64,000 nucleotides of DNA from a bacterium (GCA_043811375.1 JBDRNJ010000072.1:137984-201983), one strand, 5' to 3'. Positions 49,448 to 57,811 are shown, numbered from the stretch's first letter. Made by a program: numbers and translations. The notes: a model not told the origin generated them from the letters alone.

Positions 49448-50160
49448 CGGCTTTCCTTTTTAGCTCGCACCAGAAACTCCAGGATGAAATTGCTGCCGTA
49501 ATCGTTGAGGAACTTCATCTTATTGTTAGCCCAGTTAAAGGCGACCACAGCCGGGATAGCCGCGCCCAGACCGACGATGGTGGCCAGCAGCGCTTCAGCA
49601 ATTCCCGGAGCCACCACGGCCAGCGAAGCCGAACCGCGCTCCCCGATCGCCCAGAACGAGTCCATGATGCCCACGACGGTGCCCAGCAACCCCATAAACG
49701 GAGCGGCACTGGCGGTGGCGGCCAGAAAAATAATTTTTTGCTCCAGCCGACCCATTTGTTCCACCAGCGCCTTTTCCATAGTCATTTCGATAATCTCAAA
49801 ATCGTCATCATCGATCGGACGGTGACTTTCCTGCAGCGCTCCCCCTTCGTTCTTCAGTTCGTGCAGTTCACGAAGTTCGTTATAACCGGCTGTATAAATC
49901 CCGGCCAGAGGTGAGTCTCGGTGAGACTTGGCCTGACCCAGCGACTCCGCCAGTTGGCGCGAGCGCCTGAAGGTCTGCTGAAATATCCGGTTATCGCTTT
50001 CGACATTCCGGAACTGCCGCCACTTGTGAAAAATGATTACCCAGCAAACAATCGACATGAAAGTCAGTGCCAGCAGAATGAACAGCCCGAAAGCCGATGT
50101 CTGTCCGATGATCTGCCAGATCGATCCGGTGAAAATACTCAGTATCATAACATTATCCAT
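49444..50160 (-). CDS. tolQ: MotA/TolQ/ExbB-family proton channel
   Basis: Three TM helices are present, and the C-terminal conserved part reads ..LATIVGLGAAIPAVVAFNW.. with LGLLGTVVGIMDSF. Start chosen at MDNVMILSIF (ATG 50160); the ORF-track GTG at 50196 is possible. Confidence 0.85.
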   Translation of the reverse strand: MDNVMILSIFTGSIWQIIGQTSAFGLFILLALTFMSIVCWVIIFHKWRQFRNVESDNRIFQQTFRRSRQLAESLGQAKSHRDSPLAGIYTAGYNELRELHELKNEGGALQESHRPIDDDDFEIIEMTMEKALVEQMGRLEQKIIFLAATASAAPFMGLLGTVVGIMDSFWAIGERGSASLAVVAPGIAEALLATIVGLGAAIPAVVAFNWANNKMKFLNDYGSNFILEFLVRAKKESR

Positions 50161-50380
50161 ACCTGTTGTACGCCTGATGCGGTCGTTAGTTTGCACTCAG
50201 CCGAACCGACGGATGACCGGATCAAACCGAATTGCGGCTCGAAAATAGGCGGCCGATCGGTGCCCGTCAACAAAAAGCGATAAAACAGGCGTTTACCTCA
50301 ATTTATGGTTGACTCAACAGCAGACCCGGCGCATCATCGGGCTGTTCACCTGAGTTGAAAATGTTGATGAAAGGAGTGAC

Positions 50381-50596
50381 ATGAAAAGAATACTGGTTGG
50401 CTCGATGCTGATCGTACTGATCCTGGCAGCCGGTTGCGGCCAGAAACAGGACAGTCAGCCCGCAGACAAGGTCCCCACCGAAGTTAAACAGGCTGAAAGT
50501 ATGGACAGCACTCGTCTGGATTCGGCTGCCATCGATTCTACCGTAGTGGATTCGATAGCTACGGAGACCACCGAAGAGCCTCCCGACAGCATATAG
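50381..50596 (+). CDS. small acidic lipoprotein, hypothetical
   Basis: 71 aa with AGGAG 7 nt upstream. Signal and lipobox LILAAGCGQ. The mature part is Asp/Ser/Thr-rich (DSTRLDSAAIDSTVVDSIATE). A terminator hairpin follows. Confidence 0.55.
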   Translation: MKRILVGSMLIVLILAAGCGQKQDSQPADKVPTEVKQAESMDSTRLDSAAIDSTVVDSIATETTEEPPDSI

Positions 50597-50620
50597 TACG
50601 ACTCACTGCAAACAAAAAAA

Positions 50621-50647
50621 GACCTCCCGTGACATTCACGGGAGGTC
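50621..50647. terminator. bidirectional rho-independent terminator
   Basis: The stem gacctcccgtg/cacgggaggtc encloses a short loop. It is flanked by an A7 run on the left (a T-run for the minus-strand gene ending at 50679) and by ttt on the right. Confidence 0.75.
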
Positions 50648-50678
50648 TTTCATAGCCGGTTGTAACCGTGTAATTATC

Positions 50679-51809
50679 TCAGCTTTCGATCATTTCCACG
50701 TTGGCACGCGGGACTACTGCTCGGTTGCCGTCTTCGAATTCAACTTCCAGAACACGAGCTTTCGATTCGGATTCCAGCTTCTGTAACGGCGACGGTAAAT
50801 CCACTACCTGGCCCAAACGTCCAAAGTAGGGATGCCGGATAACCCGCACCGGGGACCCTACGGCCAGTCCTGAGATCGTTACCTCTTTCACATCTGTCAG
50901 CGCCTCCTGGTCAACGACCAGAGGAATAACCACCTCCGGGCGAATCACGCCGGCTCTGATCTGTGTCGCCCCGTTGATACAGGCCATCTGCCCCTGGTGT
51001 GCTTTGAGCAGATCAAACGTCTTACCCGCCATAGAAATCTGTCCAAAACCCTCGGTGACAACCAGAGTTATCCCGATGCCCTCCGAACCGGTGATGGCCA
51101 CGCCGATGTCATACCCCAGGAAATCCCGCAGATCCCGGTCGTCAAGACCGCCGACGACAATCCCGCGCACGCCCATTTCAATCGCTTTCTTCGTAGCCGA
51201 CGCCGTCACCAACGAACCGCCGACAATAACCTTACCGGCAAGGTCCGGTCGGATCAGTTTGTCATCCAGTACTTCACTGTTGTCAGATGTCACCACTTCC
51301 ACTATCCCCGAGGTTTCACCGCCGATGCCAAAAATACCCTGTACAAAACTGCCTAAGGTTGAGACAACCACACCCTCTCCCGGCAGGACCTCGGTGACCA
51401 TGCCCCGCAGGTAGGCTTTCACCTCAACCGGAATCGGTAAACCGCGCAACAGCACTTGACCGGTAACATTAGAAACCGACTCAACTTTGCCGGTGACTGA
51501 TGCCTTACAGGTAGTAGACCATCTCTTGATGAGCGGGAACTTCTTGACGGCGATAACCTCTCCCTCTTCGATGGTATCCCCGGCCTTCTTGACCATGAAC
51601 TCGTGGATATCTTCCGGGGGTATACTCAGCTTGTTGGCCACGTTGATCGGGATAATGTTGCCCGGCAACTCGGTTCGGGCCACAACGTCATCGGGATTCA
51701 CCTCATCGCCGACCTTAACCACTACGTCACCCTTGAGAGGCAGGATACGGCTCTTGTTAATCTGCAGCCGCTCAGTGACTTTTAGTCCGGGAGTGTATGC
51801 GTGGGCCAT
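50679..51809 (-). CDS. conserved hypothetical protein with N-terminal barrel-sandwich-hybrid (lipoyl/biotinyl-like) motifs
   Basis: 376 aa with no signal peptide. The motifs KGDVVVKVGDEVNPDDVVARTELPG and KAGDTIEEGEVIAVKK resemble hybrid-motif hairpins. A Gly-rich alpha/beta-like region follows (..VIVGGSLVTASATKKAIEMGVRGIVVGG..). No family was recognised. Confidence 0.5.
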   Translation of the reverse strand: MAHAYTPGLKVTERLQINKSRILPLKGDVVVKVGDEVNPDDVVARTELPGNIIPINVANKLSIPPEDIHEFMVKKAGDTIEEGEVIAVKKFPLIKRWSTTCKASVTGKVESVSNVTGQVLLRGLPIPVEVKAYLRGMVTEVLPGEGVVVSTLGSFVQGIFGIGGETSGIVEVVTSDNSEVLDDKLIRPDLAGKVIVGGSLVTASATKKAIEMGVRGIVVGGLDDRDLRDFLGYDIGVAITGSEGIGITLVVTEGFGQISMAGKTFDLLKAHQGQMACINGATQIRAGVIRPEVVIPLVVDQEALTDVKEVTISGLAVGSPVRVIRHPYFGRLGQVVDLPSPLQKLESESKARVLEVEFEDGNRAVVPRANVEMIES

Positions 51810-51833
51810 ATGGCTCCTTCCTGTAACTTGTAA

Positions 51834-52586
51834 CTATTCGTCACGCCTTCCGGCGGCGGCGCAAAGCGCCAGCAATATCAACACCACCGCCACACCGGCG
51901 AAGAGAAATATCGTATTCGACTTCTTCCCCTCGTCCTCATTATCTTCCAGGTCGGCTATGCGCACCTGTTCCCGGGGAAAGGCGTTCTCGATGTTTTCGG
52001 TCGAAAATGACGCCACTATTTGCAGAAATCGAAGCTGACTTTCTTGAAATATCGAATCCGGTGCATAGCAGTAAAATGTGGCGATACCTCTCTCGTAGAA
52101 TTTCATCATCAGCAGGTTCTTTTTCATCACCTGCTGTTCATCGACGATGTCACTGATAATGGCTACCGTCTGCATGAGAGTATCATAGCAGGGTACTTCC
52201 AGCTCCGGATCGGACAAAAACTCCGCCAGGTCCTGGTGCCTGACCCGATTACCAAAAGTGCCCACCAGGTCAATCAGCACTGAGTCAATCTGCCACTCAC
52301 GTAGTTCGCCGACAGTATCAACACTGAGTATCAAATACTCCCGGGAAAAAAACTGGGGAGCATCCTTGACGGCAAAAACAGCATCATAATCAAGGGCTAT
52401 CCGTGCGGTGTCGCTGCTGCGCAGAAAAGCATCAACCAGCCAGTAATCAACCTGGGCCCATTCCTGCGGGTAGGTGATATGGAACTCCCCCTTGAGACTG
52501 ACATAGGTCTGGTCCTGGGCCGGCACAGTCGTCGCCAGAATCGCCACCAGCAATACGACTCTAATTAATGTTTTAGCAGTTATCAT
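51834..52586 (-). CDS. hypothetical protein with signal peptide and C-terminal TM anchor
   Basis: 250 aa. The N-terminus is MITAKTLIRVVLLVAILATTVPAQ. The C-terminus has an acidic stretch followed by IFLFAGVAVVLILLALCAAAGRRDE. Confidence 0.5.
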   Translation of the reverse strand: MITAKTLIRVVLLVAILATTVPAQDQTYVSLKGEFHITYPQEWAQVDYWLVDAFLRSSDTARIALDYDAVFAVKDAPQFFSREYLILSVDTVGELREWQIDSVLIDLVGTFGNRVRHQDLAEFLSDPELEVPCYDTLMQTVAIISDIVDEQQVMKKNLLMMKFYERGIATFYCYAPDSIFQESQLRFLQIVASFSTENIENAFPREQVRIADLEDNEDEGKKSNTIFLFAGVAVVLILLALCAAAGRRDE

Positions 52587-52595
52587 TGTTCACCA

Positions 52596-54446
52596 TTATA
52601 GCCTGTCGGAGGGATAAACATTCAGTTCTGTCATCCATTGCTTCAGATTGGTTACCCGTTCGGCATCACTCAACGTCGACAGGTCAAACGGACGCCCCCG
52701 ACCATCAAGAATCACACCGATCACTCCGCCGTGCAACTCCTTCTCGACACGAGAACCGCGGCCGGCACCAACATCGAAAGCCCGCTCCGGTTCAAACACC
52801 GCCCGGGCTGTTTCCGGCAGGCCGTTGTCCTTGAAGCCCAGCTCAAACCGCTTCATTTCCAAGCGGTTGAGCGTTCCGGTCACCGTCCCCGACGGCAACT
52901 CAATGGTGTACTTCATCACCGATCCCGGTTTCTTGATTGTTCCCGCCGGTGCCACACAGGTACCCAGATGAATCAGACAATCTTTGACAAACACTTCCGT
53001 GGCCGCCCGTTTGTGCACCTCGGTCAACACACCCAGTTGCGGCATCATAAAGATGGAGTCAACCGCCAGACGGGTGACACCTTCCGGCAGGAAAGCATCG
53101 ATCATCATCAGAGCCGACTGCTGGCGACGGGGCGCGTGCGACAGTACTCCGCCCGAGCCGATCAGCATGTCCAGCGACATCATATTTACAATAGTAGCGC
53201 CGGAAGACGACTGCTCGAAAGCATCCGCGATGGTTCGCTGCTGCTGAATGCCCTTGAGAACCGTGGCAAAACTCTTGTGCTGGACAAGGGCCAGCCGCAG
53301 GGCTTCCTTGGCGATGGCCTGCTCAAAGATCAACTCTTCCATTGACTGAGGGATTGTCGTCGGGCGGACCATCTTGTTCTTGACCCGGTTTCTCAGATCA
53401 CGCTCGTCCATTTCAAACGGCACCCAGCGCATCACCATCGGCAGGGTCGCTTCCAAAAACACATTGGATATCGAGTAGGACATGCCTAAGTTGGCCGATA
53501 CGGTCCGGTTGAAGACCGGTGTTTTTCCATCGGGGCGAAAAACCGAGAAGACGTCAGTGGTGGCTCCGCCGATATCCACGCCCATCGCCTCGATACCATA
53601 CTGCTCGGCAATCGTTTGAATGATCAGGCCAACCGCTCCCGGAGTCGGCATGATCGGGGCATCGGTCCACGACATCAGCTTCTTGTATCCGGGCGCCTGA
53701 GCCATAACATGTTCCATAAACAGTTCGTGGATCTCATCCCGCGCCGGACCCAGGTTTTCTCGTTCCAGAACCGGCCGCAGATTGTCGACCGTTTTCAGAT
53801 CTACCTTACCTTTTAGAGTCTCCTCAACACTGCCGGCAGCATTTTTGTTACCGGCGAAGATGACCGGTAACTGGTAGCTGGAACCCAGCCGCGGTCGCGG
53901 GTCGGCAGCGGCGACCAGTTCGGCTATCTCGACCACGTGCGTGGTGGTGCCGCCGTCGATACCGCCCGATAACAGAATCATGTCCGGGCGGAGATGGCGA
54001 ATGCGTTCTATCTGCTGGTGCGGCAGGCGCTTATCGTTGGAAGCAATAACATCCATAACGATGGCGCCGGCGCCCAGCGCCGCCCGCTCGGCCGACTCAG
54101 CGGTCATCGAGCGTACCACCCCGGCTACCATCATCTGCAAACCACCGCCGGCTGACGATGTTGAGATGTAGATATCGGAACCGACCTTGTCCTTACAGGG
54201 AGTAATGATCTTGCCCTCGTCGTCCAGCAGCTTGCGACCGGAGAGCTCTTCGACCTCGGCCACGGCATTAAGCACGCCCATAGTGACGTCTTCGAATGGG
54301 GCTTCCACCGTTGTCGGGGCTTCACCACGGACCACCAGCCGGTATTCGCCGTCGTGGTATTCGATCAGAATCGCTTTGGTGGTGGTGGAACCACAGTCAG
54401 TCGCCAGAATTACCTTGATATCATCGGGATTTTCAAACTTGGCCAT
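52596..54446 (-). CDS. GlmL/MutL-like (glutamate-mutase-L family) ASKHA-fold ATPase homologue, long form
   Basis: About 616 aa. The N-terminal phosphate-1 motif VILATDCGSTTTKAILIE is typical of the GlmL family. Further Gly-rich ASKHA motifs are present (..LLSGGIDGGTTTHV.., ..GVDIGGATTDVFSV.., ..IGSGGVLSHAP..). ATG at 54446 is preferred over the TTG at 54449. Confidence 0.6.
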   Translation of the reverse strand: MAKFENPDDIKVILATDCGSTTTKAILIEYHDGEYRLVVRGEAPTTVEAPFEDVTMGVLNAVAEVEELSGRKLLDDEGKIITPCKDKVGSDIYISTSSAGGGLQMMVAGVVRSMTAESAERAALGAGAIVMDVIASNDKRLPHQQIERIRHLRPDMILLSGGIDGGTTTHVVEIAELVAAADPRPRLGSSYQLPVIFAGNKNAAGSVEETLKGKVDLKTVDNLRPVLERENLGPARDEIHELFMEHVMAQAPGYKKLMSWTDAPIMPTPGAVGLIIQTIAEQYGIEAMGVDIGGATTDVFSVFRPDGKTPVFNRTVSANLGMSYSISNVFLEATLPMVMRWVPFEMDERDLRNRVKNKMVRPTTIPQSMEELIFEQAIAKEALRLALVQHKSFATVLKGIQQQRTIADAFEQSSSGATIVNMMSLDMLIGSGGVLSHAPRRQQSALMMIDAFLPEGVTRLAVDSIFMMPQLGVLTEVHKRAATEVFVKDCLIHLGTCVAPAGTIKKPGSVMKYTIELPSGTVTGTLNRLEMKRFELGFKDNGLPETARAVFEPERAFDVGAGRGSRVEKELHGGVIGVILDGRGRPFDLSTLSDAERVTNLKQWMTELNVYPSDRL

Positions 54447-54753
54447 CAAATCAACCTATTCTTAGGTGCTCCTTCGGGTCGCCTTACTTTCGGCATACCC
54501 CTCATGTCATGTCAGTGGTTATCGCGTTTTCCGTCGCCGGGCACGGTTACCCACCAAAGTTTACCAGTATAATATAACCTCCCGGCAAAGTAAACAGCAA
54601 TTTTGAGGGGCATTTCGTGTTGCAATCGGTGCTGAAACATGCCGGACAAATAAGCGGCAAGCCGCCTTAATCGCGTAGCGGCAGGTCTTGGCGCCGCCGC
54701 AGGTGGTGGTGTGACTTTCCGGCCATAAGTGGCTTCCATTGACAGAAAAAGAT

Positions 54754-54785
54754 GGCAGGTCTCTTTAAATGAGACCTGCCCTACA
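54754..54785 (-). repeat. hairpin repeat family R1, copy 3 (inverted orientation)
   Basis: The reverse complement is tgtagggcaggtctcatttaaagagacctgcc, a perfect 10-bp stem with a 7-nt loop. Confidence 0.8.
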
Positions 54786-54793
54786 AGACTGCC

Positions 54794-54830
54794 AAAAAAG
54801 AGCGAGGCTCCCGGGAGCAGGAGCCTCGCT
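54794..54830 (-). terminator. rho-independent terminator of the 54874..56169 gene
   Basis: An 11-bp stem agcgaggctcc/ggagcctcgct encloses an 8-nt loop. On the minus strand it is followed by T6 (A-run 54794-54799 on the plus strand). Confidence 0.78.
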
Positions 54831-54873
54831 GTCATCCAGCGCGCCGATAGAGTGCTCGGCGGCTAAAGGGGAA

Positions 54874-56169
54874 TTAACACGGTGCTGGTGACGGGCCACC
54901 CTGGAACAGGTACGCTACAAGATATGTCAGGTCACCGACATCAATACTGCTGCTGCCATCCACGTCGGCTTCTTCCGGGCACGGCGGTGATGGGCCGCCC
55001 TGGAAGAGATAAGCGACCTGGTTTGTCAAATCGCCAACGTCAATGGCGCCGCTACGGTCAACATCGCCCCGTATGTCACAACAATACAGAATGGGAAAAC
55101 AGTGGGGACCATCCCAAGAAGGTGCGAATTTCTTAAAGTATGACGAACCGTGTACGACTGTGGCCCATATCCAGTCACCACCGGGCGGATACCAGGATGA
55201 ATCAAGACAAATCTCACCCCCGGAATACATCCTGTCTATCGGCCCAATGGTTATAGTATGAGTTACAGAATCGAATCCTACCGGCAATCCGTAGTTTATC
55301 CAGCTCATATAACCCAACAAGGCCGTGTCCGAGTCGGAACCGGTTACACCGATGGATCTGTAGATGTGTTCGACATCAAAGAAACTATCAATGGCAATAA
55401 CGGTAGCAACAGTCATACCGGACCAGGTAGCGCCAGTGGGGGAATATACCCGAAACCCATTTGTCAGCCCGCGGATTCGATCGGGAAGGTTGTTGAACAT
55501 GCGAATGTGAAAAACTATTTCCTTATCAGTGAGAACAGTATCGGGGCCGAGAAGTCCATCAACATGATCCAGGCTGATCACTCCCCCGGTGAGCGGTGGG
55601 CAATCAGGAGGACCGTCGCAGTTAAGTAAAGGACTTCCCACGAAACGGCTCCACGTATAAACAGGATCATAGACATTGACCCCTTCGCAGCCGTCCGTGT
55701 TTGCGGCATACATACATGCAGGTGACAGTCCGCCACGCCACAGGAAATTACTGATGAAAAACAAGTCGCCTGGACCAACAATGTCATTGCCATCCGCATC
55801 ACCGCACTTCACTTGCTCGCATGAATCTCCAATGCCATCACCATCGGTGTCGGTCTGGTCAGAATTGGCAAACCCCGGGCAGTTGTCCTCCGGGCAGGTA
55901 TTCGATGGAAAACCCGGATCACCAAAGCCGTCACCATCCTGATCGGTGCATTCGTCACAGGGGTTACCAATACCGTCACCATCGGCATCATACTGTTCCG
56001 GGTTCCAATAGTTCGGGCAGTTGTCAAGCGAGTCTTCGATACCATCACCATCGCTATCACTTCGTTGACTGGTATACTGGTCTGCTGCTGCCTGCACAAC
56101 CGTATCTTTGGTGGTGACAGAGAGGAGGAAAATCATTGCTGTGATTATAAGGAAAACAATCGTTAGCAT
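54874..56169 (-). CDS. secreted protein with TSP3-like Ca-binding repeats, an internal and a C-terminal dockerin-like module
   Basis: 431 aa with the N-terminal TM/signal MLTIVFLIITAMIFLLSV. The TSP3-like part reads DSDGDGIEDSLDNCPNYWNPEQYDADGDGIGNPCDECTDQDGDGFGD..DNCPGFANSDQTDTDGDGIGDSC. The internal module is CGDADGNDIVGPGDLFFISNFLWRGGLSPAC. The C-terminal module is CCDIRGDVDRSGAIDVGDLTNQVAYLFQGGPSPPCPEEADVDGSSSIDVGDLTYLVAYLFQGGPSPAPC. Confidence 0.75.
   Translation of the reverse strand: MLTIVFLIITAMIFLLSVTTKDTVVQAAADQYTSQRSDSDGDGIEDSLDNCPNYWNPEQYDADGDGIGNPCDECTDQDGDGFGDPGFPSNTCPEDNCPGFANSDQTDTDGDGIGDSCEQVKCGDADGNDIVGPGDLFFISNFLWRGGLSPACMYAANTDGCEGVNVYDPVYTWSRFVGSPLLNCDGPPDCPPLTGGVISLDHVDGLLGPDTVLTDKEIVFHIRMFNNLPDRIRGLTNGFRVYSPTGATWSGMTVATVIAIDSFFDVEHIYRSIGVTGSDSDTALLGYMSWINYGLPVGFDSVTHTITIGPIDRMYSGGEICLDSSWYPPGGDWIWATVVHGSSYFKKFAPSWDGPHCFPILYCCDIRGDVDRSGAIDVGDLTNQVAYLFQGGPSPPCPEEADVDGSSSIDVGDLTYLVAYLFQGGPSPAPC
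54877..55083 (-). other. dockerin-like C-terminal module
   Basis: See the CDS evidence. The module starts with the CC codons at 55078-55083 (minus strand) and ends at the C-terminus. Confidence 0.7.
55618..55806 (-). other. internal dockerin-like module (more divergent)
   Basis: Residues ~122-184 read CGDADGNDIVGPGDLFFISNFLWRGGLSPACMYAANTDGCEGVNVYDPVYTWSRFVGSPLLNC. The first half fits the loop-helix pattern well and the second half is degenerate. Confidence 0.45.
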
Positions 56170-56458
56170 AATAATATCACCCCTAATTTGATTGGTTGCT
56201 AATAGATCCCAAAACTGTTTGCTCCAGACCTATTCTACCATAGCAATATAAGTTCTGCTTACGCTCTTGTCCAGTTAAATATGGAGCCTTAAATGAAAAC
56301 GAAAAGAGTCCCCCTTTTTTGTGGTAGCAGCTCAATTAACTCAATACTGAAAGTTTTTAGTTTGTTTCGCGACTCAGCCTCGGTATTATTTTCTTTCTTG
56401 CAAAATGTAAGTTTAAATTAACTGACGAAAGATCACTAACATAAGAGGAGAGACCACA

Positions 56459-57811
56459 ATGAAGAATCGTACTTTCTACTTCTGGATATTACCAATGATA
56501 CTTGTTGTAATGTTTATGGTGCAATCCCGTGGTGACAATCCTGCGGATAGCGCCTACTTCAGTTGGGCAGATTCTGGCTATGTTACACCAGTGAGACACA
56601 ACCAATACAGCTGTCATTCCTGTCAGACAATGTCTGGTTGCGCTATAATTGAAAGCCAGATCCTATTGCAACTTGGCAAGGCAGATTCAAATGTGAACCT
56701 ATCCGAACAGTATATCGTATCATGCTGGAATACTGATACATTCTGTTTATCAATCATTAACTTCGATTCGGCCATAATACCCGGCATACCTACGGAGGAT
56801 TGCCTCCCGTGGCAAATAGACAGTGATTGTATTAATATGTACAATTGTAACTTCGATTTCTGTGATGATACGTGTGATTATCCTTATGCCTGGGCCAGTT
56901 TCATCGATTCTACCGGAACCTCGACAGTAAATGTAGGTTCTTTGAAGGAGGCTATTGTTGTGCACGGACCAATCAGGGTTATGGGCTACTTTGACAGTTG
57001 TTCCTTGGCTAGTTTTGATCCGGACACGGGCGTATTTAACTCCCAACCGTTTGGGAAAGACACAGTCGGCTACGGACACTTCTATGTGATTTATGGGTGG
57101 AATGATACCTGCACCGCTTTTACTCCACCGAAAGGTCCGTACCCCTGCTGGCTTGCCAAGAACTCCTGGGGCACAAGTTGGGGCGAGCCGGGGCCGGATA
57201 GTGTAGGCGAAGCCCCCGGATGCTTCAAGCTTCACCAAGACACTAGTATGTTCAGAATATCTGCCGACTGGGTGGATTGGACACCCCTGGGCAAACCGAC
57301 CCTGTGTGGTCCCTTTGGCTACACGGCTTACGATCCATCCGACAGCTCAGTCAGATTTGTCTGGCAAACGCCGGGTGACGCCTCTGAGGACGCGGACAGC
57401 AACGATTACCGTCTGAATATTCTGGATGCGTCAGACAGTATTTTCTACTCCGCTATCGTGGCGGACACATACATTGTTCTCGATAATTTGGTCTTTGATT
57501 CTACATATACCTGGTTTGTACGTGCTTTTGTGGAGGGTCGCACCAGCTCACGGGTTAGTGATTGGTCAGCCGGTGAGGTTACAGTGCTGTCCCTACCCTG
57601 CTGCTCTGTCCCCGGTGATTGTAATCATGATGCTGGGGTAAATGTAGGGGATATTGCGTATCTGACCCAGTATGTTCATTACAATGGCTTGTACCTCGCT
57701 TGCTGGGAGGAGGCTGATGTTAACGATGATGACGAAGTGGATGCCGACGATATATCATATTTGGTGGCCTATCTATTCCAGAGCGGCCCGGCTCCGGCGG
57801 CCTGCCCGTGA
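56459..57811 (+). CDS. secreted papain-like (C1 family) cysteine peptidase with Fn3-like domain and C-terminal dockerin-like module
   Basis: GAGGAG lies upstream of the ATG, and the N-terminus is a signal/TM (MKNRTFYFWILPMILVVMFMV). WADSGYVTPVRHNQYSCHSCQTMSG aligns with papain DWR..GAVTPVKNQG.CGSCWAFS, retaining Gln and the catalytic Cys. The His region is GYGHFYVIYGW and the Asn region is WLAKNSWGTSWGEPG. The tail reads CCSVPGDCNHDAGVNVGDIAYLTQYV...EEADVNDDDEVDADDISYLVAYLFQSGPAPAACP. Confidence 0.8.
   Translation: MKNRTFYFWILPMILVVMFMVQSRGDNPADSAYFSWADSGYVTPVRHNQYSCHSCQTMSGCAIIESQILLQLGKADSNVNLSEQYIVSCWNTDTFCLSIINFDSAIIPGIPTEDCLPWQIDSDCINMYNCNFDFCDDTCDYPYAWASFIDSTGTSTVNVGSLKEAIVVHGPIRVMGYFDSCSLASFDPDTGVFNSQPFGKDTVGYGHFYVIYGWNDTCTAFTPPKGPYPCWLAKNSWGTSWGEPGPDSVGEAPGCFKLHQDTSMFRISADWVDWTPLGKPTLCGPFGYTAYDPSDSSVRFVWQTPGDASEDADSNDYRLNILDASDSIFYSAIVADTYIVLDNLVFDSTYTWFVRAFVEGRTSSRVSDWSAGEVTVLSLPCCSVPGDCNHDAGVNVGDIAYLTQYVHYNGLYLACWEEADVNDDDEVDADDISYLVAYLFQSGPAPAACP
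57599..57808 (+). other. dockerin-like C-terminal module (most divergent copy)
   Basis: The CC prefix, two acidic loop-helix repeats and a C-terminal ..PAACP are present. Confidence 0.6.

Noticed and set aside
52638-53345. 235-aa plus-strand ORF, together with 60321-60929 (minus, 202 aa) and 47620-48297 (plus, 225 aa)
   Set aside because: Each lies fully inside a better-supported gene on the opposite strand (GlmL-like, subunit C and tolB respectively).
5800-54785. Possibility that the recurring hairpin repeats (R1-R4) form a CRISPR array
   Set aside because: The copies are isolated or paired, are not regularly spaced by unique spacers, and occur in both orientations. No cas genes are present.
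54512-54835. 107-aa minus-strand ORF in the 54450-54873 spacer
   Set aside because: It spans the R1 hairpin and the terminator of the upstream gene, has an Ala/Arg/Pro-biased composition and lacks an RBS. It is probably non-coding.
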